A DNA stretch of 64,000 bases from an uncultured Rickettsiales bacterium (GTDB taxonomy: Bacteria > Myxococcota_A > UBA796 > UBA9615 > CAYRNR01): contig CAYTBN010000022.1 in NCBI GenBank assembly GCA_964436045.1, forward strand, positions 33,616 through 97,615, given 5' to 3'. A model generated the notes under the pieces. That model searched no databases, had not been told where the DNA came from, and saw only the letters and a program-made list of their open reading frames with translations. Positions 39,830 to 51,808 of this stretch are shown piece after piece. The stretch's first letter is position 1; each line of letters opens with the position of its first letter. Position numbers and translations under genes: made by a program.

Positions 39830-41496
39830 GCGTCCCCCTGCGGCAGGCTCGCGAGGAAGGATTCGCGAATCATCTCCACCGGCACGCATCCCGCGTCCAG
39901 CACCAGGCGGTGGAACTCCAGATCTTCGAATCCGACTCCCATCAGCGACCGGACCTCCTCACGGAACCGCTCGATCTTGTGCTTCCCGAGCAGGTAGCAC
40001 AGCTGGTACGTGGGGCTGGTGGTGTAGCGGCGAATCTCCGCGGACGCCGTGGCGGGTGCCACGCCGACCTCGTCCGTCAGCATCCGCTGGGCCTCGCCCA
40101 TGGACATCCGCCCGCGGGAGAGGTCCACGTCGATCAGGATCCGCACCGCACGGAACAGCTGATCTTCGACCATCAGATAGCGAGCCTCCAGGCTGTCGTG
40201 GAAGCCGTAGTTCTTCATCATCTCTTCGCAGTAGTGGGCCCATCCCTCCACGAGGTCCAGGCCGAAGCGGGCCGCGGGATCCCGCGGGAATCCGGCGAAG
40301 GGATTGTTGCGGTAGACGCTGGTGTTGCGGTGGGCGTGGGCGTGCTGGAGGTGGTGGCCGGGGTAGCCCTCGTGCACCGCGATCCCCGAGAAGCGGTTCA
40401 ACGCGAGGTCCGAGAGATCGCCACTCGACGGCGGCGTCACCATGTAGACCGAACGCTGGATCTTCTCGTAGACGCCAGCCTCCAGCATCGCTGCCAGGGG
40501 GATCAATGGCGCGAGGAAGTCGGGGGTTTGCATCACCACCAGCTCCTCGCCGTCCGGAAGGGGCACCAGCCCCCGCTCGCGCAGGAACTGCCGGGAATCT
40601 GACGCGACACCGCGGATCTGCTCCAGCGCCCTGCCAAAGTCCGCGGGCACGGGCCGTCGGGCGCGGGAACGAGCTTCGGCCACGTCCCCGCTCTCGCACA
40701 GCGAGCGGGCCAACTCCGCGCGCTTGGCCCTCAGATCTTCGAGGTAGTACTCCCCCACCCCGCGGATCTCGTCGACGGTCATGGCGAGTCCCTTGAGCCC
40801 GACAAGCTCCTCGAACCGCTCGTCGCCGAGGATCCAGAGCCCCTCCTCACGGCGGGGATACGCCGCCAGCCACTCCCGGTAGTCCGCGACCGCCGCGGCT
40901 GCCCTTCGCGCCGCCGTCTCGATCTGGGCGCGCAACGCGCCGTCGATGGCATCGGCCGCCGCAGCCGCGATGCTCTCCCACAGCCCCCGCATACGGAGGC
41001 ATACCTGGTCCGCGGTCTCGGCCCACACCGTGTCCAGGACGGTCAATCGGCTGCGGACGTCGTCCAGGAAGCGGGGCACGTCTTGCAGCCGGGCCAGGAT
41101 CTCTGCGAAGCGCTGCTCCTCGCTGTCTCGCGGACGGACCAGCAGCGTGAAGAACAGCTCCCCCAGCGAGCTGACCACGTCCGGGTTGTGGCGCCAGCGG
41201 GCGAGGTCCTGGATCACGTAGCGGTACAGGGACAGGTGGCCGGCGAAGGCGCGCACGTCCAGACGCTCGGCCGGCGCCAGCCCAGCCAGATCCAATCCCT
41301 TGAGCTCGGCCATCCAGTCCCGATAGATGGAGAGGCGGTGGGCGATCCCGTCGGCGTGCATGGACGGAAGTCCAGCTGGCGTCGAGTCCAGCCCGAGGAA
41401 AACCCCCACCTCTGGCCCGATCTCGACGAGGCGCGCCAGGTTACTCGCGGTCACCCTCTGCAGCGCCTCGGAACCCTTGCTTCGCGGCGTCGTCAC
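39826..41496 (-). CDS. DUF885 family protein (putative metallopeptidase)
   Basis: HEGYPGHHLQ, EGWAHYCE, YLLGK. Confidence 0.9.
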   Translation of the reverse strand: MTTPRSKGSEALQRVTASNLARLVEIGPEVGVFLGLDSTPAGLPSMHADGIAHRLSIYRDWMAELKGLDLAGLAPAERLDVRAFAGHLSLYRYVIQDLARWRHNPDVVSSLGELFFTLLVRPRDSEEQRFAEILARLQDVPRFLDDVRSRLTVLDTVWAETADQVCLRMRGLWESIAAAAADAIDGALRAQIETAARRAAAAVADYREWLAAYPRREEGLWILGDERFEELVGLKGLAMTVDEIRGVGEYYLEDLRAKRAELARSLCESGDVAEARSRARRPVPADFGRALEQIRGVASDSRQFLRERGLVPLPDGEELVVMQTPDFLAPLIPLAAMLEAGVYEKIQRSVYMVTPPSSGDLSDLALNRFSGIAVHEGYPGHHLQHAHAHRNTSVYRNNPFAGFPRDPAARFGLDLVEGWAHYCEEMMKNYGFHDSLEARYLMVEDQLFRAVRILIDVDLSRGRMSMGEAQRMLTDEVGVAPATASAEIRRYTTSPTYQLCYLLGKHKIERFREEVRSLMGVGFEDLEFHRLVLDAGCVPVEMIRESFLASLPQGDA

Positions 41497-41567
41497 GCGG
41501 CCTCCGATGGGCCAAGATGCCCCCTTGGACCGGTGCTGTCAACGCGGTCGCGGAGGAGCCGCTGGGC

Positions 41568-43364
41568 TCAGCGATAGAGGGAGTCCAAGAGCTCCGAATA
41601 GCGCTCCGCCAGCTGCGCCCGGCGGAGCTTCATCGAGTGGCTCAGTTCCCCCTCACCGATGGACAGTGTTCGCGGCAGGATCGCCCAGCGACGCACCTGC
41701 TCGTAGCGGGCCAGTCGGCGGTTGGTCATCGCAACCTCCCGCGCCACCCGTTCGACGATCTGCGTGTTCTGGGACAGGGACTCGTGGTTGAGCGCCTCGA
41801 GCCCCAGCTCCTGCGCCATGGCCTGCAGTGGGCCCGGGCTGAGGTCCAGCAGCGCGACGACGTAGGGACGACGGTCCCCGAACACCAGCGCCTCGGAGAT
41901 CAGCGGACTCATCTTCAGCGCGCCCTCGACGTACTGGGGCGCCACGTTCTTGGCCCCCGACGTGATCAGCAGTTCCTTGCTGCGGCCGGTGAGGATCAGC
42001 CGCCCTTCGCTGTCGATCCAGCCGATATCCCCGCTTCGATACCAGCCGTCGTCCGTGAACGCCGCCGCGGTGTCCGCGGGCAATTCGTGGTAGGCGCCAA
42101 AGACGTTCGGGCCACGGATCAACACCTCGCCGTCGTTGGCGATCCGAATCCTGACTCCCGGAATCGGGCGCCCCACCGAGCCGATGCGGTTCTCCGACAG
42201 CCGGCTGAGGGTGGCCGCAGCCGCCGTCTCGGTGAGGCCGTACCCCTCCAGTATCTCGATCCCCGCGACGCGGAAGAACTCACCGACCGACGGGTGGAGC
42301 GGGGCACCGCCGGAGATCGCGAACCGCAGCCGGCCGCCGAAGATCTCCCGGAGCTCGCGGAAGACGATGGCGTCCGCGGCCCGGCCGAGCAGTCGCTGCC
42401 CCAGGGCGGGTTGGCGATCGTCCGCGGCCCGCACGCGACTCAACCCCGACTCCAGCGCCCGATGGTAGAGCTTCTTGCGCAGCGGACTCAGCTCCCGAAA
42501 CTGGCTGGCAATCGCCCGGTAGATGCGCTCGTAGATCAGCGGCACGCCGAACACGAAGGTGGGCTTGACCTCGACCAGCACCTCCTCGAGGCGGTCGATG
42601 CGCTGGGCATAGGCCGTGCTGATCCCCGTTGCCAGCGCCAGGAACTGCCCGATCCGGCCGTAGATGTGACTCAGCGGCAAGAACAGCACGGTCACGTCCT
42701 CGTCGGTGACCTCCAGGACGTCGGCCAGGCCGTAGACGGCCGCCAGCAGGTTGCCGTGGGTCAGGACCACGCCCTTGGGCATGCCAGTTGTGCCCGAGGT
42801 GTACACATAGGTCGCCTCGTGGTCCGGGGTCAGCTGGGCCAGCTGGCGCTCGGCGAGGTCAGGGCTGCGCCGCAGATAACGGCGGCCGCGTCGGATCAGG
42901 TCCGCGAGCGTGCAGGCATCGTCCCGGCCCCGCAGGTCCAGCCGATCCATCACGATCACCTGTTCGATGCCCCGCATCCGCTCGCGGGCCTCGTAGACCT
43001 GGTTCAGCCTCGCCTCGTTGTCCACGATCAGGAAACGGGCCTCGCAGTTGTTGACGATGTAGGTCAGCTGTCCGGTCGTCGAGGTGTGATAGACCGGCGC
43101 GCTCACCGCGCCCACCGAGAGGATCCCGTAGTCGCAGATCGACCAGTCGGAGCGGGTAGCCGAGAACAGCGCAACCCGGTCGCCAGCGCGCAGGCCGAGG
43201 TCCACGAGTCCAGCGGCAACCTCGGACACGTGGTGGTTCAGTTCGCTCCAGGTGATGATCCCCCAGCGCGCCAGATCCTTGCGATGACGCATTGCGATGG
43301 CCGGCCCCCAACGTCGGGTCGCCCGCTGCAAAAGGTGGGGAATCGACCTGGCGTCGGTCAGCAC
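41568..43364 (-). CDS. Long-chain fatty acid-CoA ligase
   Basis: YTSGTTGMPKG, EGYGLTET, GWYRSGD, GRSKELL. Confidence 0.93.
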   Translation of the reverse strand: MLTDARSIPHLLQRATRRWGPAIAMRHRKDLARWGIITWSELNHHVSEVAAGLVDLGLRAGDRVALFSATRSDWSICDYGILSVGAVSAPVYHTSTTGQLTYIVNNCEARFLIVDNEARLNQVYEARERMRGIEQVIVMDRLDLRGRDDACTLADLIRRGRRYLRRSPDLAERQLAQLTPDHEATYVYTSGTTGMPKGVVLTHGNLLAAVYGLADVLEVTDEDVTVLFLPLSHIYGRIGQFLALATGISTAYAQRIDRLEEVLVEVKPTFVFGVPLIYERIYRAIASQFRELSPLRKKLYHRALESGLSRVRAADDRQPALGQRLLGRAADAIVFRELREIFGGRLRFAISGGAPLHPSVGEFFRVAGIEILEGYGLTETAAAATLSRLSENRIGSVGRPIPGVRIRIANDGEVLIRGPNVFGAYHELPADTAAAFTDDGWYRSGDIGWIDSEGRLILTGRSKELLITSGAKNVAPQYVEGALKMSPLISEALVFGDRRPYVVALLDLSPGPLQAMAQELGLEALNHESLSQNTQIVERVAREVAMTNRRLARYEQVRRWAILPRTLSIGEGELSHSMKLRRAQLAERYSELLDSLYR

Positions 43365-43428
43365 GTCAGCCGCATGCTCCTGGCAGCGCCCCCTCCCCCC
43401 CCGGGGGATGGGGGCAGGATAGCGTATA

Positions 43429-44841
43429 TCACTGGACGTAGCCCACGGCTCGTAGCGCCTCGACCATCTCCGGGGTCATGGCGGCACCCTGTCCGCCCGA
43501 GGCCAGGGCGCCGGACACGAGCGGGTCGAGTGCCACCCGCAAGGGGTGCCCTTCCGCGGATTGCGGCCTCTCCTCCCCGGGATCGGCGGCCAGATCGAAG
43601 GCCATCAGCTCCCCGTCCATCCACAGCAACTTGTCATCGCCGCGCCAGACGGCCACCGAGGTCGCGCCGCCGACCCGCCCCTCGTACTTGCGGATCCAGG
43701 TTCGTTCCGGATAGGCGACTGCGCCCGCTGTCCCTGGCTCGGTGGACAACTCACCGGTCCGCACCAGATCAAAAACGGCGGTCCCCGGGAGCCTGGTTGG
43801 CAGCGCGGACGGCTCGCGGCCGGATTCCTGCACCAGGATCGGAACCCGGGTGATGGGCTCGTAGAGGTATCGGCCGTGATAGGCCAGGCCATGTTCGCCC
43901 AGCAGCTCGCCGTGATCCGAGGTGACCACGAGCCGATACCCGTCGTCGAGCCAGCCGCGGGAATCCAGGGCGCCCATCAGCTCCGCCAGCGCCGCGTCTG
44001 CCGTGGCGATCCCGTGGTCGTACAGATCGGTGACATGGGATAGCCAGGCGTCGCGGGCGGACTCGTCGAGGGTGCCGCGGAAGAACCGGTCGAGGGTGCA
44101 CTCCTCGTCCTCGCCGCACTCCCAACGCAAGGTGTCGCGAGGAGGCACCCAGCCGACGCCGTCGGGGACCGGTGCCCAGGGATCGTGGGCATCCATCAGG
44201 TTGACGAACAGGAACAACGGACGCTCGGGATCGACCTGGTGATCGAGAAAGCGGACCACCTCGGCCTGCACCGCAGGGGCCCGGTAGAACGCGTGCAGCT
44301 CGTCGGGTGCCGACCGAAACTCGAAACCTCGCAGCAGCCCGGTGGAAGACGAGACCAGGGAGTTGGCCGCCACCGCCGCCGTCTGATACCCGCGGCTGCC
44401 CAGATTCTCGGCCAGGGTCTGGTGCCGGTCGTCGAGGGAGTGCATCGCCAGCCCCTCGTAGTCCGCACCCTCGGCGAAGGCCGCGTAGTGGGCTCCGTGG
44501 GAGGGCACCGGTTGCCCGGTGAAGAAGCTGGCGTGGGTCGGAACGGTCCATGAACCGCTGACCTCCGCGTCACAGGTGAACGCCGCACCCCGTTCGACCA
44601 GCGCCTCGAGATAGGGCGTCGTCGGGCGGACGTATCCACACAGGGACGTGTGGTCGGCACGGACCGTGTCGAGGACGACCAGCAGGATCAGCCGGGGGGG
44701 GGGATCACCCGCGGAGGGATTGGCAACCCCGGTGTCCGGGAGGTGATGGCGAAGGAGCAGTACGAGCGCGGCGAGGCCGACGGCGGCGATCAGCGCTCCA
44801 CGAAGCCACGCAGGTCCGCGATGAACTTCTCGCTGTCCCAC
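43429..44841 (-). CDS. Sulfatase-like hydrolase/transferase with Thr nucleophile
   Basis: LDTVRADH, WTVPTHASFFTG, DAHDP, TSDHGE, C-terminal LRAVGY; start uncertain. Confidence 0.88.
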   Translation of the reverse strand: MGQREVHRGPAWLRGALIAAVGLAALVLLLRHHLPDTGVANPSAGDPPPRLILLVVLDTVRADHTSLCGYVRPTTPYLEALVERGAAFTCDAEVSGSWTVPTHASFFTGQPVPSHGAHYAAFAEGADYEGLAMHSLDDRHQTLAENLGSRGYQTAAVAANSLVSSSTGLLRGFEFRSAPDELHAFYRAPAVQAEVVRFLDHQVDPERPLFLFVNLMDAHDPWAPVPDGVGWVPPRDTLRWECGEDEECTLDRFFRGTLDESARDAWLSHVTDLYDHGIATADAALAELMGALDSRGWLDDGYRLVVTSDHGELLGEHGLAYHGRYLYEPITRVPILVQESGREPSALPTRLPGTAVFDLVRTGELSTEPGTAGAVAYPERTWIRKYEGRVGGATSVAVWRGDDKLLWMDGELMAFDLAADPGEERPQSAEGHPLRVALDPLVSGALASGGQGAAMTPEMVEALRAVGYVQ

Positions 44842-45386
44842 TCCTTGGCCCCCTGGAAGCGATGGACGATGTTGCGGTTCCGATCGATCAAGTAGGTCTC
44901 GGGAACCTTGACGGTGCCGAAGCCGGTGGCCACCGCCCGGTCAGCATCCTGGAGTAATAGCATCCCCTCGCCGAACCCCGCCTTGGCCATCGCCCCTTCG
45001 GCATCGGCCCAGGTCTCGTCGAGGGTGATCGCGACGACCGCCAGTTCGGTGTCCGCCAGTTCGGAGCTCATCCGCTGGAGGGCCGGCATCTCGTCCAGAC
45101 AGGGGGGACACCAGGACGCCCAGAAGTTGAGGACGACGGGTCTGCCTTCCAGCTCGTCCAGGCCGTGGAACGTGCCGCTGGCGTCTGGCAGCTGGAAGGG
45201 TGGCGCCATCTGCGGGACCTCGGGTCCGGTCGAGGGGCTCCTGCCCCAGTCCTCGGCTCCCTCGGGGATCCGCGACCTACCCTGCAGTACCAGCACGTAG
45301 CCGAAGGTCACCACCAGCGCGAATGTCAGGACCGCCCGGGCCCAGGGGCTCTTGATGGGTGAGATCCTGGGGGTGTTCTCGGTCAT
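44790..45386 (-). CDS. TlpA-family thiol-disulfide oxidoreductase
   Basis: TM anchor; LNFWASWCPPCLDEMP; VPETYLID. Confidence 0.92.
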   Translation of the reverse strand: MTENTPRISPIKSPWARAVLTFALVVTFGYVLVLQGRSRIPEGAEDWGRSPSTGPEVPQMAPPFQLPDASGTFHGLDELEGRPVVLNFWASWCPPCLDEMPALQRMSSELADTELAVVAITLDETWADAEGAMAKAGFGEGMLLLQDADRAVATGFGTVKVPETYLIDRNRNIVHRFQGAKEWDSEKFIADLRGFVER

Positions 45387-45444
45387 GGCTGCACGCTAGC
45401 CCGCATGGTTCACCACCGGCACGCGGGCCCGGATTCCACCGGTA

Positions 45445-45909
45445 CTACTCGGCCGCGGCGGCTTCCTCGGGCTGGTCGGCGCTGGCGGGCACGTCGTCCG
45501 CCTCGACCAGTTCGATGATGCTGAGCGGCGCGTTGTCCCCGGGGCGATGCCCCAGCTTGAGGATGCGCGTGTACCCACCCTGGCGCTCCACGAAGCGTGG
45601 TGCCACGTCCGAGAACAGCTTGGTCAGTACGTCGCGGTCCGCGACCCACAGCCGAGCCTGGCGCAGGGCGTGAAGCCGCCTGGCCTCGAGCGCCTTGCGG
45701 TCGTCGCCGTCGGCTGCCTCGATCTCGGCCGGTGTCACACGCTTGCCCAGCGTGATCAGCCGCTCGACCACCTTGCGCAGCTCCTTGGCCTTGGTGTCCG
45801 TGGTCGTGATCCGCTCGTGCTCCAGCAACGACGTCGCCATGTTGCGGAACATGGCCTTGCGGTGCGTGGCCGAGCGGCCGAACTTGCGCCCCGTTTTACG
45901 GTGTCGCAT
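45445..45909 (-). CDS. rplQ: 50S ribosomal protein L17
   Basis: MRHRK...RITTT...GGYTRI. Confidence 0.97.
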   Translation of the reverse strand: MRHRKTGRKFGRSATHRKAMFRNMATSLLEHERITTTDTKAKELRKVVERLITLGKRVTPAEIEAADGDDRKALEARRLHALRQARLWVADRDVLTKLFSDVAPRFVERQGGYTRILKLGHRPGDNAPLSIIELVEADDVPASADQPEEAAAAE

Positions 45910-45940
45910 CGTTCCATCTCCTGATCTTCCCCTGAGGGGG

Positions 45941-46933
<993 letters not shown>

Positions 46934-46964
46934 CGATTACTCCCTCGCTGTAGCAGCGGCTTCT

Positions 46965-47591
46965 TTACCGGCTGTAATACTCGACGATTAGCTGCTCTTC
47001 GATCGGCGTGGTCAGCTCTTCGCGGACCGGCAGGCCGGTCATCGTGCCTGCGAAGTTGTCCCGATCGATCTCGAACCAGCTCAGGATCGTCCTGGCCTGA
47101 GACCGTTCCAGGTTCTCCTGGAACCTGCCGACCTTGCGGCTCCGCTCGCGCAGCGCCACCACCTGTCCCGGCTTCATCTGGAAGCTGGGGATATTGACCG
47201 AACGACCGTCCACGCTGAAGTGGCGGTGGTCCACCATCTGACGCGCCTCGCTGCGCGTGGAAGCGAAGCCCATCCGGTACACGACGTTGTCCAGCCGGCG
47301 CTCCAGCAGGGACAGCAGATTCTCACCGGTGACGCCCTTCATCCGCTCGGCGCGGGTGAAGGTCAGCCGGAACTGCCGTTCCTGCAGACCGTAGATGCGG
47401 CGCACCTTCTGCTTCTCGCGGAGCTGCTGGCCGTACTCGGAGAACTTGGAACGCCGCGTTCCGTGCTGCCCGGGGGGGTAGCTCGTGCGCTCGAAGGCAC
47501 ACTTGTCCGTGTAGCAGCGTTCGGCCTTCAAAAATAGCTTCAGCCCCTCGCGGCGGCAGAAGCGACAGACGGGTCCGATATATCGCGCCAT
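46965..47591 (-). CDS. rpsD: 30S ribosomal protein S4
   Basis: [16 protein letters not shown]; [11 protein letters not shown]. Confidence 0.99.
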   Translation of the reverse strand: MARYIGPVCRFCRREGLKLFLKAERCYTDKCAFERTSYPPGQHGTRRSKFSEYGQQLREKQKVRRIYGLQERQFRLTFTRAERMKGVTGENLLSLLERRLDNVVYRMGFASTRSEARQMVDHRHFSVDGRSVNIPSFQMKPGQVVALRERSRKVGRFQENLERSQARTILSWFEIDRDNFAGTMTGLPVREELTTPIEEQLIVEYYSR

Positions 47592-47603
47592 GACAGAGCT
47601 TCC

Positions 47604-47993
47604 CTACACCCGGCGCCGCTTGGGCGGCCGGCAACCGTTATGCGGGATGGGGGTGACATCCCTGATCATCGTGATCTTCAGACCGGTGTTGGCAAGGGCG
47701 CGAAGGGCGGACTCGCGGCCGCTCCCCGGTCCCTTGACCTCCACGGCCACGTGCTCCATGCCGTGCTCCATCGCTCGGCGGGCACAGTCCTCGGCAGCCA
47801 GCTGTGCCGCGAACGGAGTCGACTTGCGGGATCCCTTGAATCCTCGGGTACCTGCCGACGACCAGGAGATCGTGTTCCCCTGGGGGTCGGTGATCGTGAT
47901 GATCGTGTTGTTGAACGTCGCACGGATGTGGGCCACGCCCACCGGCACGTTCTTCTTGACCTTCTTCTTTCCACCGCGCCTTGGATTGGCCAT
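47604..47993 (-). CDS. rpsK: 30S ribosomal protein S11
   Basis: RKSTPFAAQ; [13 protein letters not shown]. Confidence 0.99.
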   Translation of the reverse strand: MANPRRGGKKKVKKNVPVGVAHIRATFNNTIITITDPQGNTISWSSAGTRGFKGSRKSTPFAAQLAAEDCARRAMEHGMEHVAVEVKGPGSGRESALRALANTGLKITMIRDVTPIPHNGCRPPKRRRV

Positions 47994-48014
47994 GGTATCT
48001 CTCCGCCAGCGCGA

Positions 48015-48389
48015 CTAGCGCTTGCCCTTTCGCCTGACGACGATCCGCCTCGGTCCCTTGCGGGTACGGGCGTTCGTGTGGGTCCGCTGTCCCCGGACCG
48101 GCAATGAGCGCCGGTGCCGCAGGCCGCGGTAGGTCTGCAGGTCCATCAACCGCTTGATGTTCATGGCGATCTCCTTGCGGAGGTCACCTTCCACCTTGTA
48201 ACGGCGGTTGATCACGTCCCGGATGGACGCCACCTCGGTGTCGGTCAACTTGTCCGAGCGGGTGTTCACGTCCACACCCGACTCGTCAAGGATCCGGTTC
48301 GCAGTCGATCGCCCGATCCCATAGATGTAGGTCAGGGCGATCTCGATCCGCTTGTTCCGCGGAAGGTCGATTCCAGCGATGCGTGGCAC
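48015..48389 (-). CDS. rpsM: 30S ribosomal protein S13
   Basis: ALTYIYGIG; [17 protein letters not shown]. Confidence 0.99.
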   Translation of the reverse strand: MPRIAGIDLPRNKRIEIALTYIYGIGRSTANRILDESGVDVNTRSDKLTDTEVASIRDVINRRYKVEGDLRKEIAMNIKRLMDLQTYRGLRHRRSLPVRGQRTHTNARTRKGPRRIVVRRKGKR

Positions 48390-48412
48390 CGTTTACTCCC
48401 CGTCTCCCAGCG

Positions 48413-48526
48413 CTAGCCCTGGCGCTGCTTGTGCTTGGGGTTCTCGCAGATCACGCGTACGACGCCGCGCCGCTTGATGATGCGGCACTTGTCGCACATC
48501 TTCTTGACCGAGGCTCTGACCTTCAT
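48413..48526 (-). CDS. rpmJ: 50S ribosomal protein L36 (C+ type)
   Basis: Manual translation [37 protein letters not shown]; below the ORF-track cutoff. Confidence 0.97.
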   Translation of the reverse strand: MKVRASVKKMCDKCRIIKRRGVVRVICENPKHKQRQG

Positions 48527-48546
48527 CGTCTTGCTCCTCCCGGTCC

Positions 48547-49200
48547 CTATGCGCCCTGCACGGCCGCGGTGATCGACTCGAAGATGTCGTCGATCGAACC
48601 CACGCCGCTCACCGGTCGCAAGAGGCCCTGTGCCTCGTAGTAGCCGGCCACCGGGGCCGTCTGCTTGTGATACGTGTTCAGCCGCGCCTGGACGGTGTCA
48701 GCCTGGTCGTCCGCGCGCAGATAGGTCTCGCCGCCACAGGCGTCACAGACCCCCTCGACCTTCGTCGGATTGAAGGTGAGGTGATAGCTGCCGCCACAGC
48801 TCCCGCAGACCCGGCGTCCGCCGAGCCGGCCGACGATCTCCTCGTCAGCGACCTCGATGGACACGACCGCGTCGATGGTGCGCCCGGACTTCTTCAACAT
48901 GCCGTCGAGCGCCTCGGCCTGGGGCACGGTCCGCGGGAAGCCGTCCATCAGGAAGCCATCCCCGCAGTCGTCGTTCGCGATCCGCTCGGCGATGATGCGG
49001 ACCACCAGATCGTCAGGAACCAGGTTGCCGGCGTCCATGTCGCCCTTGGCTTCCTCGCCCACCGGGGTTCCGCTTTGGAGAGCGGCCCGCAGCATGTCGC
49101 CCGTGGCGATCTGCGGGACGCCGAAACGCTTCTCCATGCGCTTGGCCTGGGTGCCCTTGCCCGCGCCCGGAGGTCCGAAGAGGATCAGATCGAGACCCAT
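48547..49200 (-). CDS. adk: Adenylate kinase (Zn-lid type)
   Basis: [16 protein letters not shown], CxxC...CxxC lid. Confidence 0.98.
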   Translation of the reverse strand: MGLDLILFGPPGAGKGTQAKRMEKRFGVPQIATGDMLRAALQSGTPVGEEAKGDMDAGNLVPDDLVVRIIAERIANDDCGDGFLMDGFPRTVPQAEALDGMLKKSGRTIDAVVSIEVADEEIVGRLGGRRVCGSCGGSYHLTFNPTKVEGVCDACGGETYLRADDQADTVQARLNTYHKQTAPVAGYYEAQGLLRPVSGVGSIDDIFESITAAVQGA

Positions 49201-49202
49201 CG

Positions 49203-50537
49203 TCAACCCCTCCGCCCGCGACCGCGGATGCGCGAACCGCCCGCACCCATCAGCCCGTCATAGTGTCTGGTCAGCAGGTGGCTCTCGATCTGGGCCACCG
49301 TATCGATGGCGACCCCGACCACGATCAGCAGGGAGGTGCCACCGAAGTAGAAGGGCACGTTCCACCTGCTGATGAGGATGTTGGGCAGCACGCAGACTGC
49401 CGAGATGTAGAGCGAACCCGCCAACGTGATCCGGGTGAGCACGCGGTCGATGAACTCGGCCGTGTTCTTTCCCGGCCGGATTCCCGGGATGAACCCGCCG
49501 TGCTTCTTGAGGTTCTCCGCCACATCGGTCGGGTTGAAGGTGACCGACGTGTAGAAGTAGCAGAAGAAGATCGTCAACGCGATGTAGGTCACGTTGTACA
49601 GGTACGTGTTGCTCTGGTAGGCGTTCTGTACCGCCCGCAGGAACTCGTTCTGCCAAAACGTCGCGATCGTCGCCGGGAACATGATGATCGACGAGGCGAA
49701 GATCGGGGGAATCACACCCGCGGTGTTGATCTTCAGCGGCAGGTGGGTGCTCTGACCGCCGTAGACCCTGCGGCCGACGACCCGCTTGGCGTACTGCACG
49801 GGAATCCGCCGCTGGCCCCGCTCGCAGAAGACGATGAATGCGATCACCGTCACCATGCCGACCACCAGAAGCATCCAGCCGACGGCGTTGAGGTTGCCGC
49901 CTCCCGTGCCGGAGCTCAGCCCCTGCGCCGACTTGAAGATGGCGGCGGGGAAGCGGGCGACGATGCCTGCGAAGATGATCAGCGAGATCCCGTTGCCGAT
50001 GCCACGCTCGGTGATCTGCTCGCCCAGCCACATGATGAACGAAGTACCGCAGGTCAGCGTCACCACGGTCATGAACCAGAACCAGGGTCCACCCTGAGCG
50101 ACGACCGGCGTCCCTGCGGGGCTCATGCTCTCGAGCCCGTAGGCGATCGCAAAACCCTGGACCACGGAGATCAGGATCGTGCCGTAGCGGGTGTACTGGG
50201 TGATCTTGCGGCGGCCGGCCTCCCCCTCCTTCTGCAGCCGTTCGAGGGCGGGGACCACCACGGTGAGCAGCTGCAAGATGATGGAAGCGGAGATGTACGG
50301 CATGATGCCGAGGGTGAAGATGGAGAACTGCTCCAGCGCACCGCCGGTGAACATGTCGTACAGGCCGAACATCGTGTTCTGGCCCTGGGACTGGAAGAAG
50401 TCCGTCAGCGCCTGCCTGTTCGCCCCGGGAACCGGGATGAACACGCCGACGCGGTAGACCCCGAGCAACGCAATCGTGAACAGAACGCGCTTTCGCAGTT
50501 CCGGGATCTTCCAGATGTTCAGGAAGCTGCTGGCCAC
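49203..50537 (-). CDS. secY: Preprotein translocase SecY
   Basis: [12 protein letters not shown]; [11 protein letters not shown]; FIPGIRPG. Confidence 0.99.
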   Translation of the reverse strand: MASSFLNIWKIPELRKRVLFTIALLGVYRVGVFIPVPGANRQALTDFFQSQGQNTMFGLYDMFTGGALEQFSIFTLGIMPYISASIILQLLTVVVPALERLQKEGEAGRRKITQYTRYGTILISVVQGFAIAYGLESMSPAGTPVVAQGGPWFWFMTVVTLTCGTSFIMWLGEQITERGIGNGISLIIFAGIVARFPAAIFKSAQGLSSGTGGGNLNAVGWMLLVVGMVTVIAFIVFCERGQRRIPVQYAKRVVGRRVYGGQSTHLPLKINTAGVIPPIFASSIIMFPATIATFWQNEFLRAVQNAYQSNTYLYNVTYIALTIFFCYFYTSVTFNPTDVAENLKKHGGFIPGIRPGKNTAEFIDRVLTRITLAGSLYISAVCVLPNILISRWNVPFYFGGTSLLIVVGVAIDTVAQIESHLLTRHYDGLMGAGGSRIRGRGRRG

Positions 50538-50546
50538 AGCCTTCTC

Positions 50547-51026
50547 CTAGCCTTCCGACGTCTCGGGACGGTTCCAGCCGCGCTCGAGGATCTCGACCGT
50601 TCCACCGGCCGCCTCGAGCTTGGCTCGTGCCGTCTTGCTGAACTTGTGGGCCCTGACCGTGAGCGCGACGCCCACATCCCCGTCACCGAGGATCTTGACC
50701 CCGTCGTAGAGCTTGTTGATCAGCCCGTTTTGGGCCATCACGCCCGGATCGACCACCGTGTCGGCGTCGAAACGGGCCAGGTCGCGCAGGTTCACCAGCG
50801 CGAAACGTTTTCCGAACGGGTAGTTCGAGAACCCCCGCTTCGGCAACCGGCGATGCAGGGGCATCTGCCCACCCTCGAAACCGGGGGGCACCTTGCAGCC
50901 GCTGCGGGCCTTCTGTCCCTTGTTCCCCCGGCCGCAGGTCTTCCCCCAGCCGGAGCTCTCCCCACGGCCAACGCGCTTGGCGCGCCGCCGGGAGCCCTCA
51001 TTCGGTCGCAACTTGTCGAGATCCAT
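50547..51026 (-). CDS. rplO: 50S ribosomal protein L15
   Basis: GFEGGQMPLHRRLPKRGF. Confidence 0.98.
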   Translation of the reverse strand: MDLDKLRPNEGSRRRAKRVGRGESSGWGKTCGRGNKGQKARSGCKVPPGFEGGQMPLHRRLPKRGFSNYPFGKRFALVNLRDLARFDADTVVDPGVMAQNGLINKLYDGVKILGDGDVGVALTVRAHKFSKTARAKLEAAGGTVEILERGWNRPETSEG

Positions 51027-51111
51027 CACTTCCTCTTTCGCCGTGGACTGAAGGATTGTCCGCGACTCGCTTTCGCTCCCAGGAGGGTGCTTTTCCTACC
51101 TCTCACCGACG

Positions 51112-51294
51112 CTACTCGATCTCCTCCACGTCGACGAGGTGGATCACCTTCTTCACCATCCCCCGAACCGAGGGGGTGTCTTCGAGCTCCACGGTCTTCC
51201 GCAGCTTCTTCAGCCCCAGGCCCGCCAGCGTCTGGCGCTGGTCCTGCGGCTTTCCGATGGCACTGCGTACCTGGGTCACCTTCAGCTTGCTCAT
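51112..51294 (-). CDS. rpmD: 50S ribosomal protein L30
   Basis: [14 protein letters not shown]...[11 protein letters not shown]. Confidence 0.97.
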   Translation of the reverse strand: MSKLKVTQVRSAIGKPQDQRQTLAGLGLKKLRKTVELEDTPSVRGMVKKVIHLVDVEEIE

Positions 51295-51806
51295 CACGCT
51301 TCCCCGCCGGCCGCGTTGCGTTCGAACACGCCCCGCCGCCGCAGGTAGGCCTCGGGATCCTGCAATTCGGTCAGCGCCTGCATCGTGGCCTTGAGCACGT
51401 TGTGCGGGTTGTTGCTGCCGATGCACTTGGTCAGGATGTTGCGGATACCCGCGGCTTCCATGACCGCACGCACTGCGCCGCCAGCGATGACGCCCGTTCC
51501 CGGCCGCGCCGGCCGCAGCAATACGACTCCGGCGCCGTAGCGGCCCACCACCTGGTGGGGGATCGTGCCGTCGCTCGTGGTCGGGATCCTGCGCATGGCG
51601 GCCTTGGCCTTCTCACCACCCTTACGGATCGCCTCGGGGACCTCGTGGGCCTTGCCGTGACCGACGCCCACCCGGCCCTCGCCATCACCAACGACCACCA
51701 GCGCGCTGAAGTTGAACCGACGGCCGCCCTTGACCACCTTGGCCACGCGATTGATATCGACGACCTTGTCGATCAGGTCCATGTCGTTCTCGGTGAAACG
51801 AGCCAT
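51294..51806 (-). CDS. rpsE: 30S ribosomal protein S5
   Basis: [13 protein letters not shown]; PGTGVIAGG. Confidence 0.99.
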   Translation of the reverse strand: MARFTENDMDLIDKVVDINRVAKVVKGGRRFNFSALVVVGDGEGRVGVGHGKAHEVPEAIRKGGEKAKAAMRRIPTTSDGTIPHQVVGRYGAGVVLLRPARPGTGVIAGGAVRAVMEAAGIRNILTKCIGSNNPHNVLKATMQALTELQDPEAYLRRRGVFERNAAGGEA

Positions 51807-51808
51807 GT

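Noticed and set aside
39395-41496. Deaminase + DUF885 as an anti-phage nucleotide-depletion system
   Set aside because: The deaminase is a short housekeeping ComEB type without a kinase or other fused domain, and there is no defence-island context
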